The translations under genes and the position numbers were made by a program. The notes under the pieces were generated by a model. It saw only the letters and a program-made list of their open reading frames with translations. It did no database searches and was not told the DNA's origin. Of a stretch of DNA of 64,000 nt, positions 1 to 15,400 are shown piece by piece. How positions within the stretch are numbered: position 1 is the first letter of the stretch; each line of letters begins with the position of its first letter. This stretch comes from Leptogorgia sarmentosa (taxonomy: Eukaryota): positions 13,702,001 to 13,766,000 of the forward strand of contig OZ210885.1 of assembly GCA_964658305.1 (NCBI GenBank), read 5' to 3'.

Positions 1-491
1 TTCAACATTCCAAAGCTTCACAGACCCACCGATAGACCCCGATGCAAAGCGACGTGAACTATCATGACCTCCTACCTCGCCTTTAACTTGAGAAATGGCA
101 TCCTCGTGTGCTAGGAATTTCAACTGCGATTTATTGTTAAAATGGAAGCATAACAGTTCTCCGTCATCACAACCAAGAAATGCATATTGTGACCCAAGAG
201 CAGTAATGCAAGTGACTTTAACATCTGGTTGACTCAAATTAATGCTGGTCTCGATATCATTAAGAGTTCTTAGTTCGATCCTGTTTACCTCGTCAACAAA
301 AACGAAACGGACATCATCACTTAATACGCAGACAAAACGTATGGCGACTCCAGATTCGGTCTTTGCGAATTGAACTATTTTAGAACACTCTATGTCGACC
401 AGCGACAATGTTCCCGAACTGCTTCCAGACAGAGCAAATTTCCCATTTGATGTCATGTCAATTGCTGTAACTATCGAGTCGTCAGGGTGAC
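1..491 (-). CDS. Copy A exon 14 (partial): WD40
   Basis: atgcag|GT CAC CCT GAC; colinear with the paralog exon at 61209-61702 apart from one 3-nt deletion; no stop seen. Confidence 0.85.
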
Positions 492-3400
492 CTGCATGAA
501 GGAAGTAAAATTTTTATTTGAAGTATTCAAGTATGCGACGCTTCAGCGGTGTAGCCTGCCAATTATTGAAAAATATCGTTCAGACGACAATTAATCTTCA
601 TAGGTGCAGCAATAGAAATTTTCTTCAAATCCGGGTAGTAAAATGCATCGCTGATATCGAAAACGCAAAAATAAGTCATTCACTGTTGTGAATAAAAGAC
701 TAGTATACTGGAATAAATGCCGTTTTCCATTACAGTCGTTTTGCCCGCGCGGGCGGAGCGAACGATTTTAACTTCGTCAAAAATCAGTCGCGCGGGCACG
801 CCAAGAAAGTTGAACGTAGTTCCACTTCTAAGCGTGTCCGCGCGCGCAAAATTAGACAGAGAACGCTCAGATTAGACACCCATAGCAAAAATTGAAACAT
901 GTTTGCTCTGCCCGTGCGGGCAAAGCGACTGCAATGGAAAACTGCCGTAAATCACACCAATTTCATCCGAAATTCAATCACTTTCACCTGATAAACGGTA
1001 CGCACATTGTACGAACTTTAATTTGAATGGCCATAATATGTTTTTTATTGTTCCCAATCATTGCAGTTATACTAATTAATTTTGACACACTTTTATCCAT
1101 TGTAGCGATGGATTTTTGTTTCTTTACTTATTTTCAAATTTGAAAATTTGACTAGTTAGGCTCGATTTAGGCGTCTAATTTTCAAATTCAAACAATGAGG
1201 GAAGTACTCTCATCTCAATTTGAAAAAGGAAGTTGAAACGAAAGATCTACGAAAGAACGTAGTATAGATCTTTATGTATACACCCTGACCCCATTGACGT
1301 TGGCTGATTTCTACACGGCCGTGTGTCCGAAAATAATTTTACACGGTCGAATAATTTAGAAAACATATTAGAATGTTATTTAAAAAACATAAAAATTTAA
1401 GGAGATATAGGTATCCAAATAGCAACATATTTTGAAAGTTTTAACTACTATAGTTTCAGCGGTTTTACAGCACAACAGTTTTTGAAGTCGTTTTGATTGC
1501 GTTTCACTAAGTACCTTCCTTACTTCACTGCAATAGTCAGTAGTGAATGTACGGACAAACAATAACGTTATATATCAAAATATGTGTATTTTGTTCAAGA
1601 AACGCTTCGACACGAGGAATAGCAGCGATTCATGCTGTTACCTTTTTTGGAAATAATTTCAGTATTATTTTTCCAACACATTTGCAGGTCAATTGTTACC
1701 CGGATTGTTTTGCATTCATTTTGCATTCCGTCAAACTCATAACTGACGGGCGAATAGACCATTGATTTGCGACTGGATTCTGTATTCTTATAAGTATATA
1801 GGATGACCCAGAAGACACAATATAAGCGGCAACGATAAGTAACGTAGTCAGCATAGTTAGTGATTATGCACTAAAAACGACATCTTTCATGTAAATTTTG
1901 TGGGCTTCAAGCGAATATAGAAGAAGACAGGAAACATAACTTGAATTGTCAGTGTTCGATTCGACTATTATTGCGCATTGGACTGGGTTGACTAATTTTT
2001 GGAATCTCGTAGTTTTGGTATTCTTTCGCTACATGCAACACGACCTAAATAGCGGATACAGGTTTGTAGATACTCGTGACGAAACCGCTTTAATTGTATT
2101 CTCCGTAATCCTTTAATACACAAATTATAATCAGAACAGAAAATAGCCTGTAAAGCTAGCCAAGACAATTTCAGAGCTAACACGTAATCGAATTCAATAT
2201 TTGACTCATTCGCGAGTGAATGCAAAGTAAATTTTCGGGAAAAATATATTCTCACTTAAAACGGATATTTCACACATATAAATTATTGTGTGTATGAATA
2301 TAGTAAAAAATCCTGTAGTCGCATCAAAGACTTAAAAGTATTTGGAAGTTTCAAATATTCCTTGATTTACCCACCTGCATTATGGTCGACCCAACTAGCA
2401 GTTGAAAGTTTCCGGTGGAGAAACACATTATTCTGAAGCAAGCCAAACAAAAGATCTTTGCCGTCGGGTGATATTACAGGTGCGACCCTCGGACGTACAG
2501 TCGATACTTGCAAAGAGTCGAGATTGATTTCACAAATATGCATATCAGCGCTGCATGTGTAAACCATGTTGCGATCGCATGCTATTTCCACTGTATAGGA
2601 CACGGGTAAAATGACATCTTTCAAAGACGCATCAGGATTTTGCCAGTCCCAGATGAACACATGGTTATCTTTGCATCCAATTATAACATGCAACCCATCA
2701 GAACTAAAGCGAACAATCTCAGGTGTGCCATCGCTATCAATTCCATTGATCACACTGCCATCAGACAAATTCCACACCTTAAAAAATAAAAGGAAAAATT
2801 AATATTCTGCATGAAGCTTAAAACTTGTGATATAATGATTTATCAAAACTAATTGTGAATATAATAACTAACAAGCAAAATAAGTTTCGTTGCTTATATT
2901 TTGCGTGCTACTCAAAGCGGTTACTGGAAGCCAGTTTTTAAAGATGTAGAAAGAGCATAAAAAGTTAGTTACTCCGTTCCAGATTAGTTTTTACGTTTCA
3001 TTTTGGAAAATATACGTACACTTGAGCAATAATATGACTGAACAAAGCTTCTGTATGCATAAATAAACCAATGGCGGCCATATTGGTCTGAATAAATTTC
3101 CTCCAAAAATGGCGTCTTTTTCCTATTAAATTTGGCCGTGAATAACTAATGAGGTCACACCAAGATGGACGCCGTGTGATTGATGATAAAGCTTTTAAAC
3201 GTTCTAGAAACCACTAGAAAAGTTAAGGCAAGCTCTGTGTATGTCTTAAACTGCAAAAGACATTTTCTTTATAATCCGACCATGCATGTTGTGATACCAT
3301 TTACGGAAATTGCGATCGATTTCACTCATTTTAGTATTTCATCTCATTACGGAACTTCAAAATTATTGACTGAATTGAAAAGGATGATAAATTCAGTACT

Positions 3401-6400
3401 TCGAGATCAGTGGGTTAAAGGGCTCGAACAGCAAGTTTTGCCATTTCATGAAAAGAAGTCGCGCAAAATTCCCAGAAAGCCATCTTAATGAACAACATTT
3501 ACAGTTGTACTGCTTTGTATTACGAGCGACTATTATTGAGATATTTTATACCCTTTATTTAAAAAGTTCTCTTGTTTCAACGCATAACTCGAATAGCAAT
3601 GGATCGAGTTTATGGTAAAATGAAAGGGACATCGTCGAACATGTTTTCGGGCATTTTCAGGTCTGATTTTGTTCAATTGGTATAATCATGCATGATCATG
3701 TGGCAAAAACCTAATATCAGTTCACAACTGTATAAAAAAAATATATTTTTCTATGTTGCGAAAGACAACTAATTCACGACTTCATTTACTTCAGGTGAGT
3801 AGGGGGGGGGGGGGGGGGGCTGCTTTGATCCTAAGATTCAGTACCAACTGCGACGTTAGGAATTAGGCTTATGAGTTTGGAATAAGAAATATATATATAT
3901 ATATATCAAATGTCAATTATACGTAACTATAGATACCGATCTTGAACAATATATATATTGCGTCGCATCACGAATAGGTAAACTCGTACATGACAGAACT
4001 TCAGCATTCAGTAAGTTGTTGCTGGGTCTTCCAGCAAGACAAAATAGGTAGTAAGTACATATGTGTACGTTCACCTGAAACATAGGTCTGAATGAAGTTG
4101 ATGTATAGTTTATCTTAAATCTTGCATGACAATCCATTCCATAACACATGGTAAATTAGTAACTTACTGAATCTGTCGAAATTTAAAGCTGTTTATGAAA
4201 TTGAAAGCCAATGCTTCAATGCTCGTATCCATATACTGATATACAATTTTCCTAGACTATTTTTAATATTAAAATATAACTTACTTCAAACGGTCATTTG
4301 TTACGTTTTCTTATTATATATTATATGTAAATGTACATTTCTTTCGGTTCCGGTTTAGGATATGTCAGTACGAAGTCCTGGAATGGATTAAATGTGAAGT
4401 TACAGGTTTCAAAACAAAGCGCAAAGCGCGGATGTCGTGCAGTATAAGCCAGAGTTTCCAGTCCATGTATGCCTTCGATTATCTAAGGTCTGATACAAAC
4501 CTTCTTTAATTTTAAGAACACATCTGATATAACATCAGAAAATCAAAGTTATAGTTTATGCCAAATCAACCGAAATCTGCGTATTACATATACTGACACC
4601 TGCACCCTGATGATTTCCTCTGTGTTTTCTTCATGAATTATTAATGAGTTTCAGAAGTATATATACCCATGTTTTGTAAAAATTGTATACATTCCTAATA
4701 ATGACTACGCCGAGTCGAAACGTGGAACAAACAATTCAAAAAATTTCTTGTGTTCGGATGTTTGTATTTCTGTATGCACAGTATATGGCTAGTAGCCTTG
4801 TGTACCATACCTTTATCGAGGACTTCTTTGAGAATAAGATATTCCCATCCTTTGAAAGCGACACGACATAGCGATCATCAGCAGAGACTGCAACATGTTT
4901 TGCCCATTCAAGGTCACCTATTAATCAGGAAGGAAAAATAATCAATTCAGAAATTGAAGTAAACATTAAAAGGATATTTTCTGAAACAGTCAGAAATGAG
5001 ATGTGCATGATCAGCTTGGACGCGTTATTAAAATTAATGTAAAAATCTTTGCAATTTAAGGATTTATATACAATGAAAAGGAAACTCTTGAGGAGTGGAT
5101 TAAATACTGTATCTAATATGGCTGGATACTTTAACAAGCAGCAAAATTTCTATTCACCAACTGAACGATAGGCAGTGAATTTGTTTTCTAACGTTTAGGT
5201 AGTAAGTAGAATTTTTGTTGCTTGTTGATGTTATAATATCCGGCCGAACCTTCACGGGTCGTATATTGAACCTTATTTTAGTGGGCTAGACCATAAACTA
5301 TCAAAAGAATGGACTGGAAAACGCACGCTGAAACTGCACAACAACCGTGATACGCTTTATGTGGAACCCTGTAACTTCACATTAAATCCTTTCCAAGACT
5401 TCGTATAGACATATTTCAAACAAGAAGAGAAATGAGTGTGCATCTATCCACGGTTCAAGGCAAAAACTCATTGTTGCAATAAGTGGTGAGAAATTTTATA
5501 TCTTGATATTTTGCTTGCGTTGTGTTTGTCATTGTTGTCTTTCAGTATCAAATATTCCGTATCTCTACACTCTTCTTTATACTCCTGTAATAAACAAACA
5601 ACTTCACAGTTGCTCCATTGTACCGTTATTATTATTTACTCCTTGTGATCGCAAAGCTCACACGGGGTCACTCGATTTCTCACGGGGTCACTCGTTTATT
5701 TTGAGGAGATCGCTAGATGGTATACTCCAAAATAAGATATCCGCGACTGCTGTACCTTCACGTCAGCGGTGATAGAAATTTCTATTGGCGTATTCACAAA
5801 ATAAACCAGTCCCAAACCATAAATCTGACCCTAACCACGAGTACCAAACCATAACCAAAGGTTAGGGTCAGATTTATGGTTTGGGACTGGTTTATTTTGT
5901 GAGTACGCCAATAGAAATTTCTATCACCGCTGACGTGAATGTACAGCAGTCGCGGATATCTTATTTTGGAGTATACCATCCAGCGATCTCCTTTATTTTA
6001 ACGATCCTTCACAATTGGTAAATACAAATCGTATGCACTCGTCAACCGTGAAGTAGCCATCAATCTCTATGTATTGTCTTTCTGTAAACGAGAGGAACTG
6101 TACGAATTTTCTAAAGCAAAGTGTATAAGTAGACAATCGCCAAATCTCATAAAACATTTCCCTTTCGTCAATGATGTAAATAGAGATGTGTACGATTTGT
6201 AAATAATAAAATTCGAATAAACGAGCCAACTGCGCATGAAGTAATTTGTTTATTGAATACAAGGAATAGTGTAGAGATACGGAATATTTGATACACACAG
6301 ATGACAATGACAAACACAACACGAGCGAAATACCAAAATATAAAATTTCTCACCACTTATTGCTTTGTTTTCAAGTTTTATTTCGTCATTCTGCATGAAA

Positions 6401-9400
6401 CTAGTTGAAATTTTGTAATTATGATTGGTTATAAGAATATCAAAGTAATTCTTTTCTTTACATGCAATTATCTTAGGAAATACAAATTAACGGCAATTAA
6501 CTTTATTAATTTACGAAATCCTGCTATCCATTCAACTCTACTTAACCATCGGTTTTCTGTCTTCATATCAGTGCAGAACGTTGCAGACAATATCAATTTA
6601 GTAAAATAAAAATGAATTTAGTCAGTGAAATGAAATGAAAACGAGATCGTCCGCAACCTATTTATAAGAAAGCTGACCCAAATAGACAATTTGAACTATA
6701 CATTTGACAGAAAAGCACTGTGCATGTGTGTGAAGATTCCAAACTTTGAAAGTACCATCATTTGAAGCGGTAACGCATCTAGACTCATCACGAGCGATTG
6801 TGATATCTGTGACGTGATTTGAATGATCAGAGAGACTGTATTGTTCCATGTACGCAGCAATTCCCAGGTTCCAAACCCTGATACTTCCATCCCATGACGC
6901 TGTCAATGCCTTCTTTGCATTGGGAATTATTGCGACACCGCTGAAATATTACAAGTTGATTGTTTATTTCTAATAATAATTTTTTCTACGGAAAAAAGGC
7001 AAAGACGATCTCTGTCAGACCAATGTTATCAAAATATGCTGTATAATTTATTCATACATGATCTGGGAAATATGTCGTATTCATCAAATTTTAGTGCAAA
7101 TGAAAACTACACCTATGGTCACTTTAATTTTTGCAAAAATCTTTCTATTACTATGTCAACAATTAAGAAGATAGATAGATAGATAAAACTTTTATTCACA
7201 TTGGGTAGTCCCGTCAGTAATAAAAATAACTGTTATCAACGGGAGCCCTATAGACATATTGTAGAGTTCAGTACTGCAGAAAATCAACGAAAGCAACAAT
7301 ACAAGATAGGGTAATGAAAGATGTACAACAGGTAAAATTATGTTGCATTGGATGTCATGCGCTTAATTTCCTACGTTTATCCCTCATTAAAATCTTTCTA
7401 AAGCCCAAGTCGTCCATTGCAAATAAGCACGACTATAGCCACAAGCCAATTAGTATATTAGTGTAATAAATAGAAATTCTTGTAGCGTTGCGAACAAATG
7501 GATGACTGAAAATTACTTTGATGGCGTTCATCTTTGCTATCTTTTCAATTCATCAATAACCGATTTCAAGAAGCAGTACGTCTAAGTGTGACTGTTAAAT
7601 ATCGTAATAAATTAATACAATTACACAAAACAGAATGTGTTGTATGTTAAGCTTAATGTTATGTATCGGGTCTTCGTTGTTGCCTTGCCTGCATAACGAT
7701 CCTTTCGCTAAATTAGATATAGCTGCTAGAGTGAACCCACCTGATGTACTTGGTATGACCTTTATAACAGGAAAGGCACTTTCCAGTGTGGAAACACCAC
7801 AACCTCACACTTCCTTCATCGTCTCCAGAGATAATATACTTTTTATCATCGCTCACAGCAATACTGGAAACACGAGATCGAACGTCAAGGGTACGAATTT
7901 CCTGATACGTTTTTAAATCCCAAATTTTTATTATCCCATCGTATGAACCAGACACAAGCATTGGATTGTTTTTTCCTGAATCTAAACGAGAAACGTCGCA
8001 CTTTAGTCGAACTGGCACAAAAAAACAAGGGAAAGCAAAGTACATGATATTCTAAATATATTCAATAACTCGATCGCTGACAGGAGAAATTTTTATATAT
8101 GCATTCTGCATGTCCAGGCAATGGATTCTGCAGTAGTAGAATACCGAAAGTTTATTTTGTTGGTACCGTTAGGATATTGAAGAGAAATTGACGCAAAAAG
8201 AAATTCCAATGTGTCAGGATAAATTTGAAATACTCAAAATATGGGCGAACCGTCTGGCACGTACAATAGTCATGATCACGAATGAATTGTGCAAAGTAAC
8301 ATCATTCTTCCAGTTAGTTTTGCATAATGTTAAAGCTCATCCTGGTTTGTTTGTGAAATATCGAACATCTTGCACAATTGTTTGCCATTACACAAGGAAG
8401 AGATGATTACATTTTGGTTCAATTCGGCTGAGAATCAAGCAAAACATTTATGAAAAAAAACTTTCGTTCCTTTATTTTTTAATGCGTAATGAAGTTAATT
8501 GATATTCTGGATGTGTTGTGTGAATTAGTATATTTACGGTACCAAATTTGGGTGAAAATTTATTAAGCCCCCACCATCTACTTAGTCCCCTCATCAGTCA
8601 AGCGGCCACCTGAAAGGAGGAAAACATAAATATCCCCCAAGGGGCTAAATAGAGGAAATACGGTAGTCTTTCTTGAAGCTGATCGAATAGTTAATTTCGC
8701 AATACGTGTTTAATTGGATTTTATACAAAACAAATTTCCTTCTCGTTTAATAAAAATACATAAGAAATACGCAGTCGTAATCAACATTTAATTTGGGCCT
8801 CAAAGTTCTAAAAGTTTGTTGAAGTTATTTTAAAATTTCAGGATAATATAAGTGTTAAAACTAAGTTTAACTTCTGAAAAGTCTAAAATGTTTTTTCCTG
8901 AGGAAATATCCGAGTACCTAAATTTATAATTGCTATTTCTACCTATATCCATACTATGTACTGTACATAAAGTCACGGAAAAGTCTAATGAAAGATCGTA
9001 AGAACTCTGCGTTGGTGCAATTACTCAAAACCAGAGTGTAACAGTTCTGAACAGTACATACACTGTAGCAAATACCGCAATGGGAAATTTTCATTTCTGC
9101 ATTACATCATTATTAGTTTGCTCATGTATTCATACTTATGTTTGGGAACATAACTGTGTTTAGCTGCTCTTAACTGTTGCCTAACTGCTCTTTCATGTCA
9201 CTGAGCAGCTGTGATAATTGACTGATTAAATCCAATTATTATCACATTTATTCAAGCAACTAACCTACCAAGTTCTAACAGTATAGCACAATGTTTGTCA
9301 CAACAATTATAAAACAGGTCAAACAATATAAATTTTGTCTGTTGGAATAAGAGGGTCTGAAGTCAAGATGGACAAGACAAGTCAAACGACACCTGGCTAT

Positions 9401-12400
9401 ATGTCTTGGCAATGGACAGTATATCTAAAACAATATTACTTTACAAACAACATTCATGTTGGCTTCGATCCATTTGTTACTTTATCTATATAATTTCATA
9501 AGTTAAAAACAAATGGTATAAAATGCTGTCATATTCTGTTGTATTGAATTCTATTATATATTGTAGTTCAATTTGATACATGCGCATTAATTAGATACAT
9601 GTGAAACGGCTAGAATTGTTCTTGGTTGATGTATCCCTATGAAATGCATTTCAGAGCAGTGGCGTAGGATGGTGGGGCACTTTCACCCCCAACTTTCATG
9701 GTTATAAGTGCCGTTTTAAAAAAGAAATTGACCTTCTTTCATGCCTAGGATTTGTACAGCTTTCTGATAGACATGAGAATTTGCCCAAATGTACTAAAAT
9801 ATTTTGTAGGATTCCATCATTCATTAGCTTTTAAATGTTTTTATCCAAGATGCCGCCTTGCTGATTGCAAGTTGCAAATACAGGAACAAGTTTTTATTTA
9901 AAGTTGCAACATTTAATAGTAAAGGTTTGGATTCTGTTGTCCTTGTGCCTCCCCCTCCCCTACAAACTACAACTTGATTCCTATGCCCTTGTTTCAGAGC
10001 TTGCTTTTATTTTTACGGCACACTATTATTACTTACAAGAGGTCTCAACGCTAATAAAGTATACAATACCCTAAATGCCAAGTCTTTTGAATCTACTTGT
10101 ACAGTATCACAATTTATACATTAAAGTCTGCGACACAGGGTAATCAGTTGAAATATACACACACAAGCAAATTGTCTCAAAGTATATTTAGAAAGCTAGC
10201 ATAGATAAATCTAATGGCCATTTTAAAATACTCTTAGCATATACAAATACAACCAGCCTAAAAATTTGAAAGGAATCAGAAAGTCCTAAAATAGTGCTTG
10301 TACATGAAAGCACTGGCTACCACCATACTAACATTAAAGGAAAGACATTGCTTTCTTTTTAGGCATAATTTTTCATTACAATATTAGAATGCTGTTGCAA
10401 GCAGGTATTTTTGTGCAATAATTGGGAAAATTTATTCCAAAACATGATATTCCCCTCCAATCATTGCTTTATTGAACCATTAAGGAAGTTTATAATAAAG
10501 AATATGTTTTATCCGAATGAAATCACAAATATAATTCTGAAGAGACTCTATTGAAGTAAGATCTTCAAAATGTTATGAAATATTAACTCATACAGTATTG
10601 CATACCTGTTGCGACAACACATGTCACAAAATCTGTATGGCCAACCAAACTGGCCTCAAAATTTAGTGTATCGGCTTTCCACAACTTGATAGTCTTGTCA
10701 GGATATGATCCAACACGACCAACATTAGCAATGAACTGTCCATCTTTGGTCGTACACAGCGACCTGACTCCCTCAGGAATACTTGTTGAGAGGTTTTCTC
10801 CGGTAGATACACAATACACTTTCAGCCCTACAACGCATGATGGATACTCGTCAGACTGATGTTTCAATAATGTCTAACCCTAGACGATTTTGTGAAATCT
10901 TGTTTTTAATTGTGTCCTTCTCCGGCGCTGAACATGCTCTGGCTGTAGCTGGCTTATGTTTTTACACTGCGTTTCACTGCCCTCTACACGACGTTTACAG
11001 TTAACCGCTGGTTTGAAGATACGCAGTCGCTGGAATCCTCAAACCAGCTGTTGCAATTATTGTTTAAATATGAACAATTTGTACTTTTGGCGAAGGTTGA
11101 GAGGTGCTACTAAAACAGACGTATCTGGTTTTCCCAGGAAATCATTTTACTACAGCTACGTTGTAAAACTGCTGTTCCTGTCATCAAACACAAAAAGAAT
11201 TAGTGAACATGGTCCAATCACACGATACTATGCCGTTTGTAAATTTCATAAACCAACCCTCTACCATAGCTACATTGTTGTCAAATTGTATGCATTGTAA
11301 AGGGCATCCATACCAGTGGTACTGTTGGTAAAACTTGGTTACAGATCGCGAAAGTTACATCCGTGAAGCAAGGGCCATGTATGGCAGTTGGGCTTCGTTC
11401 AAAATAATGAAAATATACTTTGTTTTCAAATGTAGTCGATCATGTACAACAGGTTACAGGTACGAGTTCAGATAAAATGGTTGAAATGTACGAAGGATTA
11501 ACAACGAGCTCTCTTTCTCTCCAACCCGTTTCCGAAAGTTGAAATACAAATTTTTAATTCTTTTTTTTCCACTAAAATATAGACAAATAAAGACAAACAC
11601 CATTGAAATCCTAGTAAAATGATCTTTCGAACGGTGGGTCGCATGTTAGTTAAACACAACACAAAAAAAAATAAAGATTGATCGTCGGAAACGTAAGGCA
11701 TTAGCATCTATCTGAGAGAAACAGAGTCCAATATGTTGAAATCCATGTCCTTATTTCTCCCTGAAGCAGCATATTCATGAAACCTGTTTTATGTTCGTGT
11801 TATTTGCACATATAAAAACATTTTTACAAGCTTTTCTGTAATTGTCGGAAATTTCCGCACGCGCACGGCATTTACTAAAACAGGATAAATCAGGTTGCGC
11901 AATAGTCTGAAACACGTGGAAAACATGCCTTTGATTACGTAGGGTGCGTATTCGTATGTTTTTCAGTCTTGGATAAACTCACTTCTGGTTTATTCGCACG
12001 CGACAAAAAAAACACGACAGGTGTCCCAGGAATTTCGCCCCCCCCCAGGCAATTATAGTCATTGGGCGAATTCGACCTAAATTAATATGGTGTTGGAGAG
12101 AAAGAGTACTTTTCGTAAGTAATACATTTTTCTAAAATATATTGACGATTATGCTGCACGAATCTGACGAAATGCTTCTGAATTTCACATATTCGTTACG
12201 AAGCACAAGTTGAATACATACAGTGAATATTAAACTCACTGTGATGACTGCGTCGCTATTTAGAGTGTACTCCCACTCAAATATGGAACGTATTTAAAAT
12301 AAGAACTGAAACAATATGCATCAATCCGCTTCATAAACGTTCTTGTATTAAAATGTGAAGCGAATTTTTTTAATAAATAGCGATGTACACAGTGGCGTAA

Positions 12401-15400
12401 CTACTAGGGGCCCAACCTGGCCGGGGGCCCTGGGAAGAGGTTTCTTCAGGGCCGTGGCTAATGTGAAATTCAAATATTTTTTATTGAAACTGGAGATGCA
12501 AAAAAGTTCGAAGTTAACAAAATGTTTGATATCATCCAGTAGCTAGCTGAAACAATTTTGTTGCCTTTTAAATTGTGCTTGGATGTTGACAGTATATTAA
12601 TTGTTGTATATTACAGTCAAACTTTTACTGTTGTCATTGTTTCTGCTTTATAGGAACTTATTTTAGTGTGTGCTTCTTCTTACGGAACGTTTTTGCCTTT
12701 TGGGTATAATTGAAGCTGCAGAAGAGATGTTAAATAGCTATAATATGTTCGATAATAAATAGCAGAATTAAAATGCATATCATATGCAGAATTCAGGAGA
12801 ATATTTCGTAGAGCTAGCATAGTAAAAATGTGAAGCTAAGAAGTATAATTAAGAGGCCATCCACAACAGTTCAACCGAGGGCCGACACTGGAGATTTACG
12901 CCGCTGAATTTGCAACGTAAAACAAACATTTTGTGAACGTACTTCCAAGTATTTTTATTTGAAGAAAAAATAATTATTTTCATTTAATAACAGTATTCCA
13001 ATATTCAATTTGGTACCGGCGGGGTAACATATTTCCGAAAGTATGATCATTTGCGGAGTTATTTGACAAACACAATATGAAAAGGATTTAATTTTTTCTC
13101 CAATGGCATCGTTGCTGGCGTTCCTTCAGAACCGTTAAATCCGTACACGTCAGCAAAATCTTATTTCTTATCGAAACTCGCGCACTTTAATACTAACTTT
13201 TAAGCAGAGCGGAAGTCGAGAAAACGTTTATGCAAATTTTCGTTTACCTACTCTGAACAACATTTTGATATCCTTGTTTGACTTGTGTTTAAGATGCTTA
13301 CCGTCTTCTGTTCCAATAAACACTCGCTGATCATCTGCACTGAAATCCAGGGCATTAACTTCACTCTCCCCTTGGAACACAAAAAGCTGTTCATAACTGT
13401 CCATTCTCCAAAGGATTGTACTTCCAATCCACGACCCCGACGCTAGTATTGTTCCACTTTGTGACACAGCCAAACAGCTAACTTTCACAGAATGTCCCTG
13501 TAGTTGTTGAACTTCTCTACCTGTTTATAAAATAAGATAGCACATATATAAAAGGGTGTAATAGGTAATTTTCACTCACATCGTTACTACACTGGGAGTA
13601 TTGTTCAAAACATTGCGGCGATAAAATAAACTAGGGATCCAAGGATAGTGCAAAGTTTCTAAGGCCTAGGTCGATATAGGCAGTCAACTACGGAGTTTCG
13701 CATGTCAGGAGAATTTGGGACGCTCCGCCCGGAGTTTACACTATGAATGACTGAATGACTACATGACTACATGACTACATGACTACATGACTACACATGA
13801 CTGATGTGAATTTTCGCCACTCATCACAATACTGCAAAGTTTCTTTGAAACTTTGCACTAATTATTGAGACAAGTAACTACATTAACTAACCCATCAGCT
13901 ACACTCTGTTTACACCGCTAACTTCCATTTTTACTATTACGTCCCTATAGCAACTTAAACAGCAATGTAAGCGATAGACAAACACCGAAACGATCTTCAA
14001 TACTAAAAACAAAATAACTGTAATTTTGCGGAATTTACTGTAGCGTGTTTTACAGGCGTGTGTTTTCATTCGTTACTTCTTGGGATTTCATAAAAGTATG
14101 CTCTCATCTTTGTTGTGCAAGTCCATAGATATAGGTATCGAGCCAACTTGAACGCTTGGGTAAGACTCGCTACCGGTCCCTGTTGGCTCGATAACTAAAG
14201 TGGTAGAGTAACGGTCAATGCCGAACAGTTTACTGAAACTTATAATATATTTACTAGTGTTTAAAATTTAGTGGCTGATGTTGGTGGTAGAACAGAAAGT
14301 ATAGATAATTGGAAAGCATGCATGAGGCTATAAACAGGAAATGTTCTATACAGTGAATACCAATGATTGCACAGGAATTTTGTCCTACTTGTATTTGTAA
14401 TTACTGAACTTTCACATTTAAAATTGACATATATCCATTCATTTTATGCACACGATTTCTTAATAATTGTATGTTTTATTGTTTAGAAGAAATATGTCAC
14501 TCTGTCCGAATTAGTTTTTATAGTTTGGTTAATATAATGTTGCTGAGAAAAAGCATTTCCCTTGTGCGGTATTCAGGATTTTTCTCTTTTTACGCAGTAA
14601 ACATTGATTTGTCCAAGCAATGACTGAATTAATTTTGATCCCAGCATAAATCTGGATGAACATGTCTCTCCTAGTATCTAAACCAAATTTCAAATATCAT
14701 CATATGACGACGACTACCGTACATCATTGGCTAATTTTCGAATGAATTATCAATTACTTTGAGTGTAAACATTTGTTCCTCACCCATATTAACTGCATAT
14801 AAACAATATTCTCATTTCAATGAATAATCAAGATTATAGCTTTTGTTTAGCTAAAAAGGCATGACTTGTATGAATATGTTTTAAATAGAGTCATAATATA
14901 TACGCTATAATTCAATTTTTCTGCTTCCAAAACTAAAACTTTTCCCAAAAAACCGGGGCAGTGGCCTACAGGTCTAAAAAATTTGCAAAACTGGAACACG
15001 GATAATTTTCGCTCGAAATTTGGTTTTCTCAAGAAATTTTTACTTAGCTTTGCTTATATTTTGTTGCTGTTGTTGTACATATTCAAGATTAAACCCGCGA
15101 ACATAGTTTCGATAAGGAGAACTAAGATTCTGCAAGGAAAAATCTGCAGTACATTTGAGTTGCCCACTCAACAACTCAAATTTCCCTAAGTAGCGTTGAA
15201 TAAAACATTCTGCTATAATGTGCTATAGCCAGAACTGAGACCAACCGATATATACCATATATCAAGCCACATTACCTAGAGTGATGCGAAGCATAATGGG
15301 ACGAGCCCTGAGGCCATTGGGTTCCAGTGAGCTCCCTGAAATTATAGCGCCGTAAATTTCTGATGTAATCAAGATAGGTCTACTGCACCAAGTCAAACAT

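Noticed and set aside
10830..11710. Possible extra exon or coding relic upstream of exon 9
   Set aside because: No motif I can name and no frame that improves the model; exon 8 joins exon 9 cleanly (TEDG-LKVY).
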